A stretch of 63,767 bases of DNA, the filler included. It is 6 parts of 6 records of this genome, joined end to end, with 100 filler letters (N's around TTAATTAATTAA, not from the genome) between each part and the next. Parts side by side here need not be neighbours in the genome. Positions count along the whole stretch, not along the records: positions 1 to 22,190 come from SRR31156797_18488; positions 22,291 to 31,449 come from SRR31156797_18505; 4 more parts are not named here. One strand, 5' to 3'. Each line of letters begins with the position of its first letter. Position 1 is the stretch's first letter. Positions 20,223 through 29,603 of this stretch are shown piece by piece. The notes beneath the pieces are model-generated. The model was not told where the DNA came from. It saw nothing but the letters and a program-made list of their open reading frames with translations, and made no database searches. The position numbers were made by a program, and so were the translations under genes.

Positions 20223-20771
20223 ATGAAAGCAGGAACGATTCTGAATAGAAATGAAATTGTCCAGCATATTCAGGAAATTGCAGATCAGATCATCGCAAGA
20301 CACGGATCGAACAAAGAAATTGCACTGATCGGCATCCGCACGGGCGGCGCTTTCCTAGCGGCACGGCTACGGAAAACCCTGGTCGAATCCGGTGTGCCGA
20401 CCCCGTCCCTGGGCATTCTGGATATTACCCTTTACCGGGACGACTGGACAAAGATCAGTTCCATCCCCATCGTGGGAAAAACCGAATTGCCCTTTTCCAT
20501 TGACGATAAACTATTGATTCTGGTGGATGATGTGCTTTATACGGGGAGAACCGTCCGAGCAGCCATGGATGCCCTCATGGATTACGGTCGCCCCAAAAAG
20601 ATCGAACTGGCCATTCTGGCGGACCGGGGAGCGGAAAACCGGGAACTTCCCATTGCCCCGGATTATAAGGGCGGCACATGGACCACATCCGCGGAGCAAA
20701 CCATCAATGTGTATTTGGAAGAAGCGGGGTTTGAGGATCATGCGGCCATTGAAAAGAAAAAGGCTGCATAA
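20223..20771 (+). CDS. pyrR: PyrR-family pyrimidine regulator / uracil phosphoribosyltransferase
   Basis: IGIRTGG, LDITLYRDD, LVDDVLYTGRTVRAA, DRG...RELPI. Confidence 0.92.
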   Translation: MKAGTILNRNEIVQHIQEIADQIIARHGSNKEIALIGIRTGGAFLAARLRKTLVESGVPTPSLGILDITLYRDDWTKISSIPIVGKTELPFSIDDKLLILVDDVLYTGRTVRAAMDALMDYGRPKKIELAILADRGAENRELPIAPDYKGGTWTTSAEQTINVYLEEAGFEDHAAIEKKKAA

Positions 20772-20858
20772 ATTATTTATCTTTCACCGTGCCCTTCCCT
20801 CCCTTTTCCTGGACGAATCAGCCAAAGCAACACTCCAAGATATTGAAAGGAGATTCCC

Positions 20859-21257
20859 ATGCCCATTACGGTTTCCGTAAAAACCACAGCCCGCGTGGAT
20901 ATGGTGGACATCACACATCTGGTGCGGCGGGAAGTCGAAAAATCAGGTGTCACCGAAGGCCTTTGCGTGGTTTATGTTCCCCACACCACCTCCGGTGTGA
21001 CCATCAACGAAGGTGCTGATCCGGCGGTCTGTTCGGATATCATCCAGAAACTGAAACAGTTGGTGCCGCCCAATGACGGCTACCGGCACATGGAAGGAAA
21101 TTCCGACAGCCACATCAAGGCATCCCTCATGGGCAGTTCGGTTACGGTGCTGGTGGAAGGAGGGCATTTGGTTCTGGGCACCTGGCAAAAAGTTTTTTAC
21201 TGTGAATTCGATGGTCCCCGATCCCGCAAGTTTTTTATAAAAACGGTTAATTGCTAA
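20859..21257 (+). CDS. yjbQ: YjbQ/UPF0047 family protein
   Basis: PHTT.GVTINEGADP, H.EGNSDSHIK, LGTWQ, EFDGPR. Confidence 0.92.
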   Translation: MPITVSVKTTARVDMVDITHLVRREVEKSGVTEGLCVVYVPHTTSGVTINEGADPAVCSDIIQKLKQLVPPNDGYRHMEGNSDSHIKASLMGSSVTVLVEGGHLVLGTWQKVFYCEFDGPRSRKFFIKTVNC

Positions 21258-21942
21258 AGCCCTGTGGCTGAGTCTGGATTTTCAGCTCCTCTTTTCGATG
21301 CCGGAAGATCTTCCCTTCAATCATGTAGATCACTTCTTCAGCAATATTGGTTGCATGATCCGCAATTCGCTCCAGATGGCGCGCAATCAATAGAAGGTTG
21401 AGCAGATACGCAACCCGGTCAGGTTGCTGTTTGATGGCCGTCTTGACTTGGTCATAGATCTTGTGGTTCATCCGGTCCACCTCATCGTCGTCAAGGCACA
21501 CCTTGTAGGCCAAATCCACATCCTGGTTTACCAGGGCGTCAAGACTGTTTTTGAGCATGGACTCCGCTTTTTCCGCCATGGCGGCAAAATCAAATGGAAA
21601 GGAGAGGGGCAGGCGTTTTGATATGTTCTCCACACGCTCGGCGATGTTGACCGCCTCATCCCCCACACGTTCCAGATCGTTGTTGATTTTGATAACAATA
21701 TTAATAAACCGCAAATCCACTGCCACCGGCTGGTGAAGGGCGATAATTTTGAGGCATTCCTCTTCCACTTCCACTTCAGCCTCGTCAATATCCCTGTCGG
21801 ATTCGATAACCTTTCGTGCAAGCTCACCGTCCTTTTTCTCAAAAGCCCTGATGGCCATGCGGACCCGCTCCTCGGCCATGGCGCCGAGAGAAAGGATCCG
21901 CCTTTTTAAGCCCGACAGTTCTTTTTGCAAATGCCTTTTCAT
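21247..21942 (-). CDS. phoU: Phosphate signalling complex protein PhoU
   Basis: QPVAVDLR, DLERVGD, DDEVD, LERIADHATNIAE; downstream of pstB. Confidence 0.95.
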   Translation of the reverse strand: MKRHLQKELSGLKRRILSLGAMAEERVRMAIRAFEKKDGELARKVIESDRDIDEAEVEVEEECLKIIALHQPVAVDLRFINIVIKINNDLERVGDEAVNIAERVENISKRLPLSFPFDFAAMAEKAESMLKNSLDALVNQDVDLAYKVCLDDDEVDRMNHKIYDQVKTAIKQQPDRVAYLLNLLLIARHLERIADHATNIAEEVIYMIEGKIFRHRKEELKIQTQPQGFSN

Positions 21943-21973
21943 GGAAATCTCCTGGCGGATCATTCACACCGGT

Positions 21974-22190
21974 TTAACCAAACCGTCCGGTGATATAATC
22001 CGATGTCTGCTGTAATTTCGGCCTGGTAAAGAGGTTCTCGGTCAGGTCCGCCTCGATGAGCTTGCCCAGATAAAAAAAGGCCGTCACATCAGATACCCTT
22101 GCGGCCTGCTGCATGTTGTGGGTTACAATAATAATGGTGTAGGTTTCTTTTAATTGGTGTATCAATTCCTCGATCTTCTGGGTGGCAATG
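21974..22190 (-). CDS. pstB: Phosphate ABC transporter ATPase PstB, 3' fragment (contig edge)
   Basis: [16 protein letters not shown]...YITGRFG. Confidence 0.92.
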
Positions 22191-22290
22191 NNNNNNNNNN
22201 NNNNNNNNNNNNNNNNNNNNNNNNNNNNNNNNNNTTAATTAATTAANNNNNNNNNNNNNNNNNNNNNNNNNNNNNNNNNNNNNNNNNNNN
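22191..22290. other. Artificial contig spacer
   Basis: N44-TTAATTAATTAA-N44; stop codons in all six frames. Confidence 0.98.
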
Positions 22291-22824
22291 GAAGGATTTA
22301 TTGCTAATATTGCCACCCCTGTCAGCGATCTTTATGCCCTGGAAAGCATCCGGTTGTTAACACAATATCTGCCCGTTGCAATAAAAAACGAGGATGATAT
22401 AGAGGCCCGGGGATATGTAGCCCTGGCAAATACTCTGTCCGGGATGGTGGAGTCCACCTCAAGCTGCACGTCAGAACACTCCCTGGAGCATGCTTTAAGT
22501 GCCTTCCACCACAACCTGCCCCACGGTGCCGGCCTAATTATGCTTTCGCAAGCTTATTTCAGCCATTTTGCTAACAAGGTGCCGGCCCGTTTTGAAAGGA
22601 TGGCCACAGCCATGGGAGCTAAAGATTTTGTACAGGCCCTGATTAAACTTCAGGAGGCATGCGGCGTTAATAATCTTAAAATGTCGGACTATGGCATAAC
22701 AGAAGGGGAATTGGGAGACGTTGCAAAGAACGCCCGTAAAACCATGGGTTTCCTGTATACCCTGGACCCTGTTCCGTTGTCGGATGAGGATGCTGAAGCA
22801 ATTTTACGGGCATCCTTTAAATAA
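22291..22824 (+). CDS. Iron-containing alcohol dehydrogenase, 3' fragment
   Basis: Frame open from the contig edge; EHSLEHALS..LPHGAGL metal-ligand motif. Confidence 0.88.
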   Translation, partial: EGFIANIATPVSDLYALESIRLLTQYLPVAIKNEDDIEARGYVALANTLSGMVESTSSCTSEHSLEHALSAFHHNLPHGAGLIMLSQAYFSHFANKVPARFERMATAMGAKDFVQALIKLQEACGVNNLKMSDYGITEGELGDVAKNARKTMGFLYTLDPVPLSDEDAEAILRASFK

Positions 22825-22848
22825 ACAATATGTAATATAGTAGGTGAT

Positions 22849-23481
22849 TTAAAGCGTATCCGGATAAAGCCGGCCCCTATCAAGGGTAAAAAGGGCATGG
22901 GTCCCGGGCAAAAGCTCCTGTTTTGAATGGGTGACATGAATCACGCAGGCCTTTGTTTTCGCCACCATGACCCGGACCTGTTCCCTGACCCGGTCTTTCA
23001 GGGCGGGGTCAAGACCGGTAAAGGGTTCATCCAGGAGCAAAAGTTCAGGGGAGACGGAAAGGGCTCTGGCAATGGAAATCCGCTGGTTCATGCCCCCGGA
23101 CAATTCCCGGGGATAGTGGGCTTCAAATCCGGCCAGATCCAGATCCTTAAGAAACCTTAAAGCCGTTTGTTTGGCAATGTCTCCTGGCATGCCGGTCGCC
23201 TCCAGGGCCAGGCTGATATTTTTTCGGGCCGTGTACCACCCAAGCAACCTGGGTTCCTGGAACACATATCCCAAGGGGTTTGCATGGATCAGAACCCGGC
23301 CGTTAACAGGCCGGATCAACCCTGCCGCCATCTTCAGTAAAGTGGATTTTCCGGCCCCGCTCGGGCCCTGGATACCCACCACCTGTCCCGGGGCGATCTC
23401 AAGGCTTAAATTTTTAAAAAGAATATGGCGGCCAAAGGCCATGGAGACATTCTCAAATACCACTGCAGATTTTACCGTCAT
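22849..23481 (-). CDS. NitT/TauT-family ABC transporter ATP-binding protein
   Basis: GPSGAGKST, VFQEPRLL, LSGGMNQR, LLDEPF; ATGA overlap with the permease. Confidence 0.9.
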   Translation of the reverse strand: MTVKSAVVFENVSMAFGRHILFKNLSLEIAPGQVVGIQGPSGAGKSTLLKMAAGLIRPVNGRVLIHANPLGYVFQEPRLLGWYTARKNISLALEATGMPGDIAKQTALRFLKDLDLAGFEAHYPRELSGGMNQRISIARALSVSPELLLLDEPFTGLDPALKDRVREQVRVMVAKTKACVIHVTHSKQELLPGTHALFTLDRGRLYPDTL

Positions 23482-24248
23482 GGACACCGGCCTTTCATCC
23501 GCCGTTCCAGGGGGCGGAAAATAAAGAATTCCACGGCACCGGCCACACACATGCTGATCAGGGCCAGGGCGTAAAGAACCGGGGTGTCCAGTTGGGTCCG
23601 TGCCAGGGACATGCAGTGACCAATGCCTTTGTCGGCACCCATGACCTCGGCCAGGACCGACACCCGCACAATATTGCCCCCGGCAATGACCAGGGCCGAA
23701 AAAAATGGACCGGCCGCAGCCATGGCATACACCTTAACCAGCCTCATTTTAAGGCTGAACCGGTAGACCCGGGCCATCTCCAGAAGATGATGGTCCACCC
23801 GGCCCAGGGCATCGGCCAGATTGACAAAGATGATGGGGGCACCCATGCTGGCCGCAATGGAGATGACCATCGCATCCCCCATGCCGAACCAGAGCATAAA
23901 CACAATGACAATCACCACCCCCGGCACAGTGGTCAGTATCCAGCGCACCGGCTCCACCAGGGCTCGGACCTGGGGCACCAACCCGGCCACAAGCCCCAAT
24001 GTTCCCCCGGCAAGTATACCGGCCCCCAGGGCCAGGCCCATGCGCCGGAGGCTCACCCAGAAATGATCGGCCCAGAACCCGACGTCGAACAAAAGCCTTG
24101 CCGCTGCTGTCAAGGTCTCCCGGGGCGCGGGCACCACCAGGCCGGAAAAGGCGCAGGACGCCTGATGCCAGGCCAGGAACAGTCCAAGAATACCCAGCCC
24201 ACCAAATATGTATGTCCCCCTGAACCGGAAACGCAAAAACCATTTCAT
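23478..24248 (-). CDS. NitT/TauT-family ABC permease
   Basis: About six TM segments, SLRR, LLEMARVY loop, AEVMG; ATGA-coupled. Confidence 0.87.
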   Translation of the reverse strand: MKWFLRFRFRGTYIFGGLGILGLFLAWHQASCAFSGLVVPAPRETLTAAARLLFDVGFWADHFWVSLRRMGLALGAGILAGGTLGLVAGLVPQVRALVEPVRWILTTVPGVVIVIVFMLWFGMGDAMVISIAASMGAPIIFVNLADALGRVDHHLLEMARVYRFSLKMRLVKVYAMAAAGPFFSALVIAGGNIVRVSVLAEVMGADKGIGHCMSLARTQLDTPVLYALALISMCVAGAVEFFIFRPLERRMKGRCP

Positions 24249-25183
24249 GGATATACCGTGAACAGTTCCGGCCCAGGCAGGGCTTTCCCCACCGCCCCGG
24301 GATCCCGGTGATAAATTTTTTCCAGGAACAACCGGGCAGCATCAAAGGCGCCCTGTCCCGTGAGAATCGGGGTGCCGGAAAGGGTTACGCCGGGGCTTGC
24401 CAAGGCCGGTGCTGTTTTCTTTGCAATGGCCCGGGTTTGATTAGGATGCGCCTTTATCCAGTCAAGTGCATGCCCGTATCCTTTGATAATGGCCACGATC
24501 TGTCCCGGCTTTTCTACGGCATCACCGAACACGGCAAAGGCGGATACGCACAAAGGTCGGCCGTTGAATCGATTTTCCCAAAGGGTTCGCATATCCAGGT
24601 GTTTGGTCAGTGCCGGCCCGGTCATATTCTTAGAACGGTTCACGGCCAGGGATGCGGCAGGTTCGGCCAGCAACGCATGGTTTGCCCGGCCCATGAGCAG
24701 CAGGTTCATCGCCTCCAGTGCCCCGCCGGTGTGCCGGGTTTCAAGGTGCGGCAACCCTTTTTGCATAACAATGTGAAATAAAATTTCGGGCATTTCCCCG
24801 GGGCCAAAGGGAAACAGCAGTGTGCCCTGTAACGGGCCCTGGGGAACAGGCCGGGTACTGACAATCCACAACGGCGAGGCAAACACCCCGGCCACGGTTG
24901 TTTTAACCCCTTTGTTGAAAAAGGTGGCTGCCGCAGACGTAGTCACCACTGATCCCTGGATTTTACCTGCCGCGATCATGGCCCTTGCCTGGTCCGGGGA
25001 GTGCCAGGTTATAAATTTTACGGATTCCCCGGAAAGTCCCTGGTCCGCCATCACGGCAAAAACCAGGCTTTCGGCCACAGGCGGCCCTGAGATGACAAAG
25101 GACTGGGACTTAAGGGGGGCGGCGCCAAGGAGTTCCGGCAACCATATGATCAGACCGCCCAAAAACGCAACAATTTGTTTCAT
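24245..25183 (-). CDS. ABC substrate-binding protein (SsuA/NMT1-like fold)
   Basis: Signal peptide MKQIVAFLGGLII; WHSPDQARA, ALLAEPAAS, ALDWIKAHP; coupled to the permease. Confidence 0.75.
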   Translation of the reverse strand: MKQIVAFLGGLIIWLPELLGAAPLKSQSFVISGPPVAESLVFAVMADQGLSGESVKFITWHSPDQARAMIAAGKIQGSVVTTSAAATFFNKGVKTTVAGVFASPLWIVSTRPVPQGPLQGTLLFPFGPGEMPEILFHIVMQKGLPHLETRHTGGALEAMNLLLMGRANHALLAEPAASLAVNRSKNMTGPALTKHLDMRTLWENRFNGRPLCVSAFAVFGDAVEKPGQIVAIIKGYGHALDWIKAHPNQTRAIAKKTAPALASPGVTLSGTPILTGQGAFDAARLFLEKIYHRDPGAVGKALPGPELFTVYP

Positions 25184-26208
25184 GTTGTTTTCCTGGCCGT
25201 GACCAGCTCCCATTCATCCACACCAAGATTGACGGTTTGGCTTTCCACCCGGGCAAAGCCGGCCTCCTTTAGATATCGTGCAATCTGCCCCTGTTCAAAG
25301 GAGACATCCTGCCCCTCCAAAGCCAGGGAGAGCCTGGACAGGACAATGCCGGCCGGTCGGGTCCGTTCCCGGGTCAACCCTTCGTGCAGGCAGACCACCA
25401 CGCCTTTATCCGTAATCGCCTGTCTAAGGCGGGTGTAAAATTGTTGGGGATCACGCACATAATAAAGGTTGTGGCTGGCCCAGACAATATCATATCCATG
25501 GCCGAAATCCGTTTCATTATAATCCCCCTGGATAAAAGAAATCCGCTGCTCCAATCCCTCTTTTCGGATCTCTTTTTCAGCCAAGCGAACGATGGCGACC
25601 TGGTCCAGGAGCACACCTTTAAGATTTGGGTGCCGACGAACCATTTCTGCACCCATAAGGCCCGGGCCGCCCCCAAGATCCAGTAGCTTTTTTGCTTTTT
25701 TGAACTCCGGCAGGGCCTGGACCAGGTCCGCGGCCCGGTGGGCCATACCGGACCGCTGGTAGGCCGCCAGATGGGCCACGGCCTTTTCCCATTTCACTTC
25801 AGAGGCCAAGGCCTCACTTTTTTCAACTTCAGGCGAACCGTTTCGGACGATATCAGCGATCCGGTCCAAATGTTTGTGCTGCATACCCTTCATCCGGACG
25901 ACAAAATTGTTCATGTATAAAGGACTTTTAGAATAAAGGTAACGCAGTGCAAAGCCTGTGTTCCGGTATGTTCCGTTTTGTTTTTCCAAAAATCCCAGCG
26001 CAGCCATGCTGTCCAGAAATAGTCCCAGGCATTTGGGGTCAATACGGATATCCATGGCCCGGGCAATTGCCTGCACCGTCATGCCGCCTTCCAGGACATC
26101 GGCAACTTTCAATTCCAGGGCCGCGTCCAAAACCGCCATTTTAACCGGCCCCACCAGAATATCGAACAAGAGGTCCATGGGCACCTCATTATCATTTTGT
26201 TTCATCAT
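25180..26208 (-). CDS. SAM-dependent O-methyltransferase (Methyltransf_2 type with N-terminal dimerisation domain)
   Basis: AALELKVAD, LLDLGGGPG, GVLLD, IQGDY, YDIV; TAATG overlap with the TonB receptor stop. Confidence 0.88.
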   Translation of the reverse strand: MMKQNDNEVPMDLLFDILVGPVKMAVLDAALELKVADVLEGGMTVQAIARAMDIRIDPKCLGLFLDSMAALGFLEKQNGTYRNTGFALRYLYSKSPLYMNNFVVRMKGMQHKHLDRIADIVRNGSPEVEKSEALASEVKWEKAVAHLAAYQRSGMAHRAADLVQALPEFKKAKKLLDLGGGPGLMGAEMVRRHPNLKGVLLDQVAIVRLAEKEIRKEGLEQRISFIQGDYNETDFGHGYDIVWASHNLYYVRDPQQFYTRLRQAITDKGVVVCLHEGLTRERTRPAGIVLSRLSLALEGQDVSFEQGQIARYLKEAGFARVESQTVNLGVDEWELVTARKTT

Positions 26209-28328
26209 TACCACCTCCAGTTAAGGGTAACACCCAGGGTTCTGGGCGCGCCGTCTTCCACCAGGGTTGACCCGGCGGATGCCACCATTTTTTGGGCATA
26301 TTCCTCGTCAAACAAATTTTTGCACCAAACTACAATATCCCAGCGGTCCCATCTGTAACCGGCCTTGAAATTAACCAGGGCATACCCGTCATCCTTTAAC
26401 GTATTAGCGGCATCAAAATATTGCCGTCCGGCCCAGAACACGTTGGCCGTGCCGTACCAGCCGCTTCCATGGATATAGGAGAATCCGGCGTTGGCTGTCA
26501 GATCCGGAGCCCAAGGCATGGTGCAGCCACTGTAATCCTTGGCACTGCCGTTCAGGGTCCCGGTCCAGTCATCAATTTCTGCCTCGACGTATCCCAGGGC
26601 GGCAAAGAGCTCCAGGCCCTGGACGGGCAAAGCCCGCAGTTCCAGTTCCACCCCCTGGGTATGGGCATTGGCTGCATTGGTGATCTTCCAGGCTCCGATG
26701 CCGCCGCCGGCCACCTCTTCCCTGATTTGCTTGTCCGTGATGTCTGTGTAGAACACTGAAACATCGGCTCTCAGACGATTATCAAAAAACGCAGTTTTGA
26801 TCCCGGCTTCATAATTTCTGGTGTATTCGGGGTCATAGGCAAAATTCTGCTGATTTGTGGCGGTGTAGATATCATAGCCGCCGGCCATCCAGCCCGTGGA
26901 AAAAGTCAGGTACCCCATGGTATCGTGGGAAAATTTCCAGGACAAAGAGGCCATGGGCAGCACTTGGGTGTCTGTGATCTCCTGGGCATACAATGTGGTG
27001 CCTGTGCTTTTGGTATAGACCTGGGAACCCGATGCGGATGCATGGTCCAGACGGAGGCCAGCCGTGGCGGTCAGTTTTTCGGTCAGGGCTTTTGAGACCC
27101 GGCCAAACAAGGCCAGGCGGTCCGTGTCCGCTTCGGTGACCCGAATGTTGGCCAAAGATGCCCTGACATGATCAAGGGTCCAGGTATTGTCCAGGTTCTC
27201 TGTGGATGCATAGGCTCCCAAAAGCCAAGAAGAAAAAAATCTTCCCGAAGACGAAGACAGACGCAGCTCCTGGGTCCAGGATTTCCGGTCGATATCAATG
27301 TGAGACACGCCCAGGGGCATGGCGCTCCTGTCCGAATCCATGATATGCTTCCGGTTAAAGTCCTGGTGGGAGGTTACGGAGATAAGATCCATGCCGTAAA
27401 ATGCATACTTGATGTTCAGGGACTGGCCAAAGCTGTCCTGGTCTGCCCCGGAGACCTGGTTGTTCAGCACCGTATAAGTATCCGTAGCAGAGGCACCATC
27501 CAGATACCTGAGATCGTCAAGCCCCGTTTCCCGGCCTGTGCCGTCCAGGGCCAGGGTAATGTCCAAGTCCTGACTGGGCGTGTACCGCAAACTGACCCGC
27601 CCCGTAAAAATGTCGTTGTCAGACGCGGTATCAGAATCAAGGGTGATGTTTTCCATATATCCGTTTGTCACGCTTTTTAACGCGGAAACCGTATAAAACA
27701 ACATATCCTTTTTGAGCGCCCCGCCCACCATGGCTCCGGCTGTAAAAGTATCATAGGACCCTGCTTCCAGCAGTACACGGGCCCGGGACTCATTGCCCTG
27801 GGGCGCTGTCACCATATTGATCACACCTGAAGAACTGTTTTGCCCGTAAAGGGTGGACTGCGGCCCTTTGAGTACCTCAATGCGCTCAATGTCAAAAAGA
27901 AATTGCGACTGCATATAACTTAAGGGATAGGCCACATCATCAATGTAAAACCCCATGGGTGAGAACAAAGAGGTATCAATGGTGGAGATCCCACGGCTGA
28001 CAAAAGCATCGCCCGACGTTGCTGTTTTAAAAAACAGGTTGGGCACAAGCCTTGTCATCTCTTCGGTGGTCCTGATGTTCTGCTCATCTATGATCTGGGC
28101 ATCCACCACCGATATACTGCCGGGAGTGTCTTTGGCCAGAATCTCCTGTTTTTGAGCAGTTACCACGACACTGCCGAGGTCAACCGCCGTTGAGGCCTGT
28201 CCGCCCCACACGGCTTTTGCCGGCATCACCAGGCATGCTGCGACCATTATAGCCATAACCAGGCCGACCAGCTGATGTTCCCCGGATATGCACATCTTTC
28301 TCTCCTTTATAATTTTTCGTTTCAGCAA
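26208..28328 (-). CDS. TonB-dependent outer-membrane receptor (FyuA-like)
   Basis: Signal peptide, TonB box SVVVTAQK, plug IERIEVLKGPQSTLYG..SSGVIN, KNLFD, C-terminal aromatic W; alternative ATG at 28295. Confidence 0.92.
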   Translation of the reverse strand: MLKRKIIKERKMCISGEHQLVGLVMAIMVAACLVMPAKAVWGGQASTAVDLGSVVVTAQKQEILAKDTPGSISVVDAQIIDEQNIRTTEEMTRLVPNLFFKTATSGDAFVSRGISTIDTSLFSPMGFYIDDVAYPLSYMQSQFLFDIERIEVLKGPQSTLYGQNSSSGVINMVTAPQGNESRARVLLEAGSYDTFTAGAMVGGALKKDMLFYTVSALKSVTNGYMENITLDSDTASDNDIFTGRVSLRYTPSQDLDITLALDGTGRETGLDDLRYLDGASATDTYTVLNNQVSGADQDSFGQSLNIKYAFYGMDLISVTSHQDFNRKHIMDSDRSAMPLGVSHIDIDRKSWTQELRLSSSSGRFFSSWLLGAYASTENLDNTWTLDHVRASLANIRVTEADTDRLALFGRVSKALTEKLTATAGLRLDHASASGSQVYTKSTGTTLYAQEITDTQVLPMASLSWKFSHDTMGYLTFSTGWMAGGYDIYTATNQQNFAYDPEYTRNYEAGIKTAFFDNRLRADVSVFYTDITDKQIREEVAGGGIGAWKITNAANAHTQGVELELRALPVQGLELFAALGYVEAEIDDWTGTLNGSAKDYSGCTMPWAPDLTANAGFSYIHGSGWYGTANVFWAGRQYFDAANTLKDDGYALVNFKAGYRWDRWDIVVWCKNLFDEEYAQKMVASAGSTLVEDGAPRTLGVTLNWRW

Positions 28329-28568
28329 GTTATTTCCTCCACGTTTTTTACCCTCAAACAGGCCGGATAGATATAATTTGCCGAACAGATTTGGATATAT
28401 TAAGAGCGGGCTTGGACTGGGTCTATGTTGTGAAACTGCAGAAAATCCCTTGCCTTGTTATATAATTGTTACGCTTATCAAAAAGAAATTGAAAAAAATC
28501 TTAGAATATGATTTATTAATTAGTCATGCATAACTATAAACAAAATATCAATATATTTAGGCGATATC

Positions 28569-29540
28569 TTGAGTGCCAAGGTAACCATAAAAAATTCGGA
28601 AGGCAAATTTATCCGATTTTCCCAAGAGCAGGCGCTTACCAAGCCTGACCGGGAGATCGTGCGGTCTGTACCCACCGGATTGGGCCAGGGCCGGTTCCTG
28701 AACCTGGATTGCCGGTCAGGCATGGATATATGCATGAGTCGCTGCCGGTTTACCAGGGATTACCTGGCCAGGATCGCCTGGCCTGCGCCCAGGCTCACCT
28801 TTGTATTTTGCCTGTCCGGAACCACCCAGACCTTGAACTCCTGCAGCACATCCCCTTTGGGAATAACTGCCGGGCAGGCGCATCTTCACTATTTTGAAGA
28901 CCCGGTCCTGGAGCGGCGAACCGCCGGAGAAAAGGAGATCCGGGCTGTGGTGATCCGGTTTCCTTCTGAAAAAATTGCCGACCTCTTGGGGCCGACCCAA
29001 GAACCCGGCCCCCAAAAGGCGCTTGCAAAGGCCATTCACCAGGGCCATTTTTTTCATTCCCAAACCATGAATTTTACCGTGCAATCCGTGCTTCACCAGA
29101 TGTATGCCTGCCCCCACCAGGGACTGGTCAGGCAGATCTTTCTGGAGAGCAAGGCCATGGAGCTTGTGGCCTATACCCTGGAACAGGCCTTTGACGCCGC
29201 CCTGCCGGGTCCTCCCCTCCGGACTGATGAACGGGACCGGATTGTTGCGGCCCGGGATATCCTGGTCTCCCGGCTGAAATACCCGCCTTCCCTCACCAAC
29301 CTGGCCCGGCAGGTGGACATGAGCCACACCCGCCTGACCCGGGGATTTAAAAAGGTATTTGGATGCACCGTGTTTGAGTATCTTAGAAAGGAGCGTCTGG
29401 CCTATGCCGGAATGCTGCTTTCGGAAAACAGACTGAGTATCACCGATGCTGCCTTTGAAGCCGGGTTCTGCAGCTCCAGCCACTTTGCCAAAGCCTTTCG
29501 CAAACAGTTCGGGATCTCTCCTTCGGAGTTCACATCCTGA
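28569..29540 (+). CDS. AraC-family regulator (PchR/YbtA-like)
   Basis: LESKAMEL, ARDIL..PPSL..LARQV, GFKKVFGCTVF, GFCSSSHFAKAFRKQFG; divergent from the TonB operon. Confidence 0.9.
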   Translation: MSAKVTIKNSEGKFIRFSQEQALTKPDREIVRSVPTGLGQGRFLNLDCRSGMDICMSRCRFTRDYLARIAWPAPRLTFVFCLSGTTQTLNSCSTSPLGITAGQAHLHYFEDPVLERRTAGEKEIRAVVIRFPSEKIADLLGPTQEPGPQKALAKAIHQGHFFHSQTMNFTVQSVLHQMYACPHQGLVRQIFLESKAMELVAYTLEQAFDAALPGPPLRTDERDRIVAARDILVSRLKYPPSLTNLARQVDMSHTRLTRGFKKVFGCTVFEYLRKERLAYAGMLLSENRLSITDAAFEAGFCSSSHFAKAFRKQFGISPSEFTS

Positions 29541-29603
29541 AAATAAGCGCCATGGATACAATGACCATGACAAACAATACGCGTATAAACCAAGGAGATA
29601 CTT

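Noticed and set aside
28329-28568. Possible cobalamin riboswitch, Fur box or AraC repeats upstream of the TonB receptor
   Set aside because: No B12-box or conserved riboswitch core is visible. AGAATATGATTTATT is only a weak Fur-like match in AT-rich DNA, and the CCGGATAG/CCGAACAG repeats are too degenerate to call.
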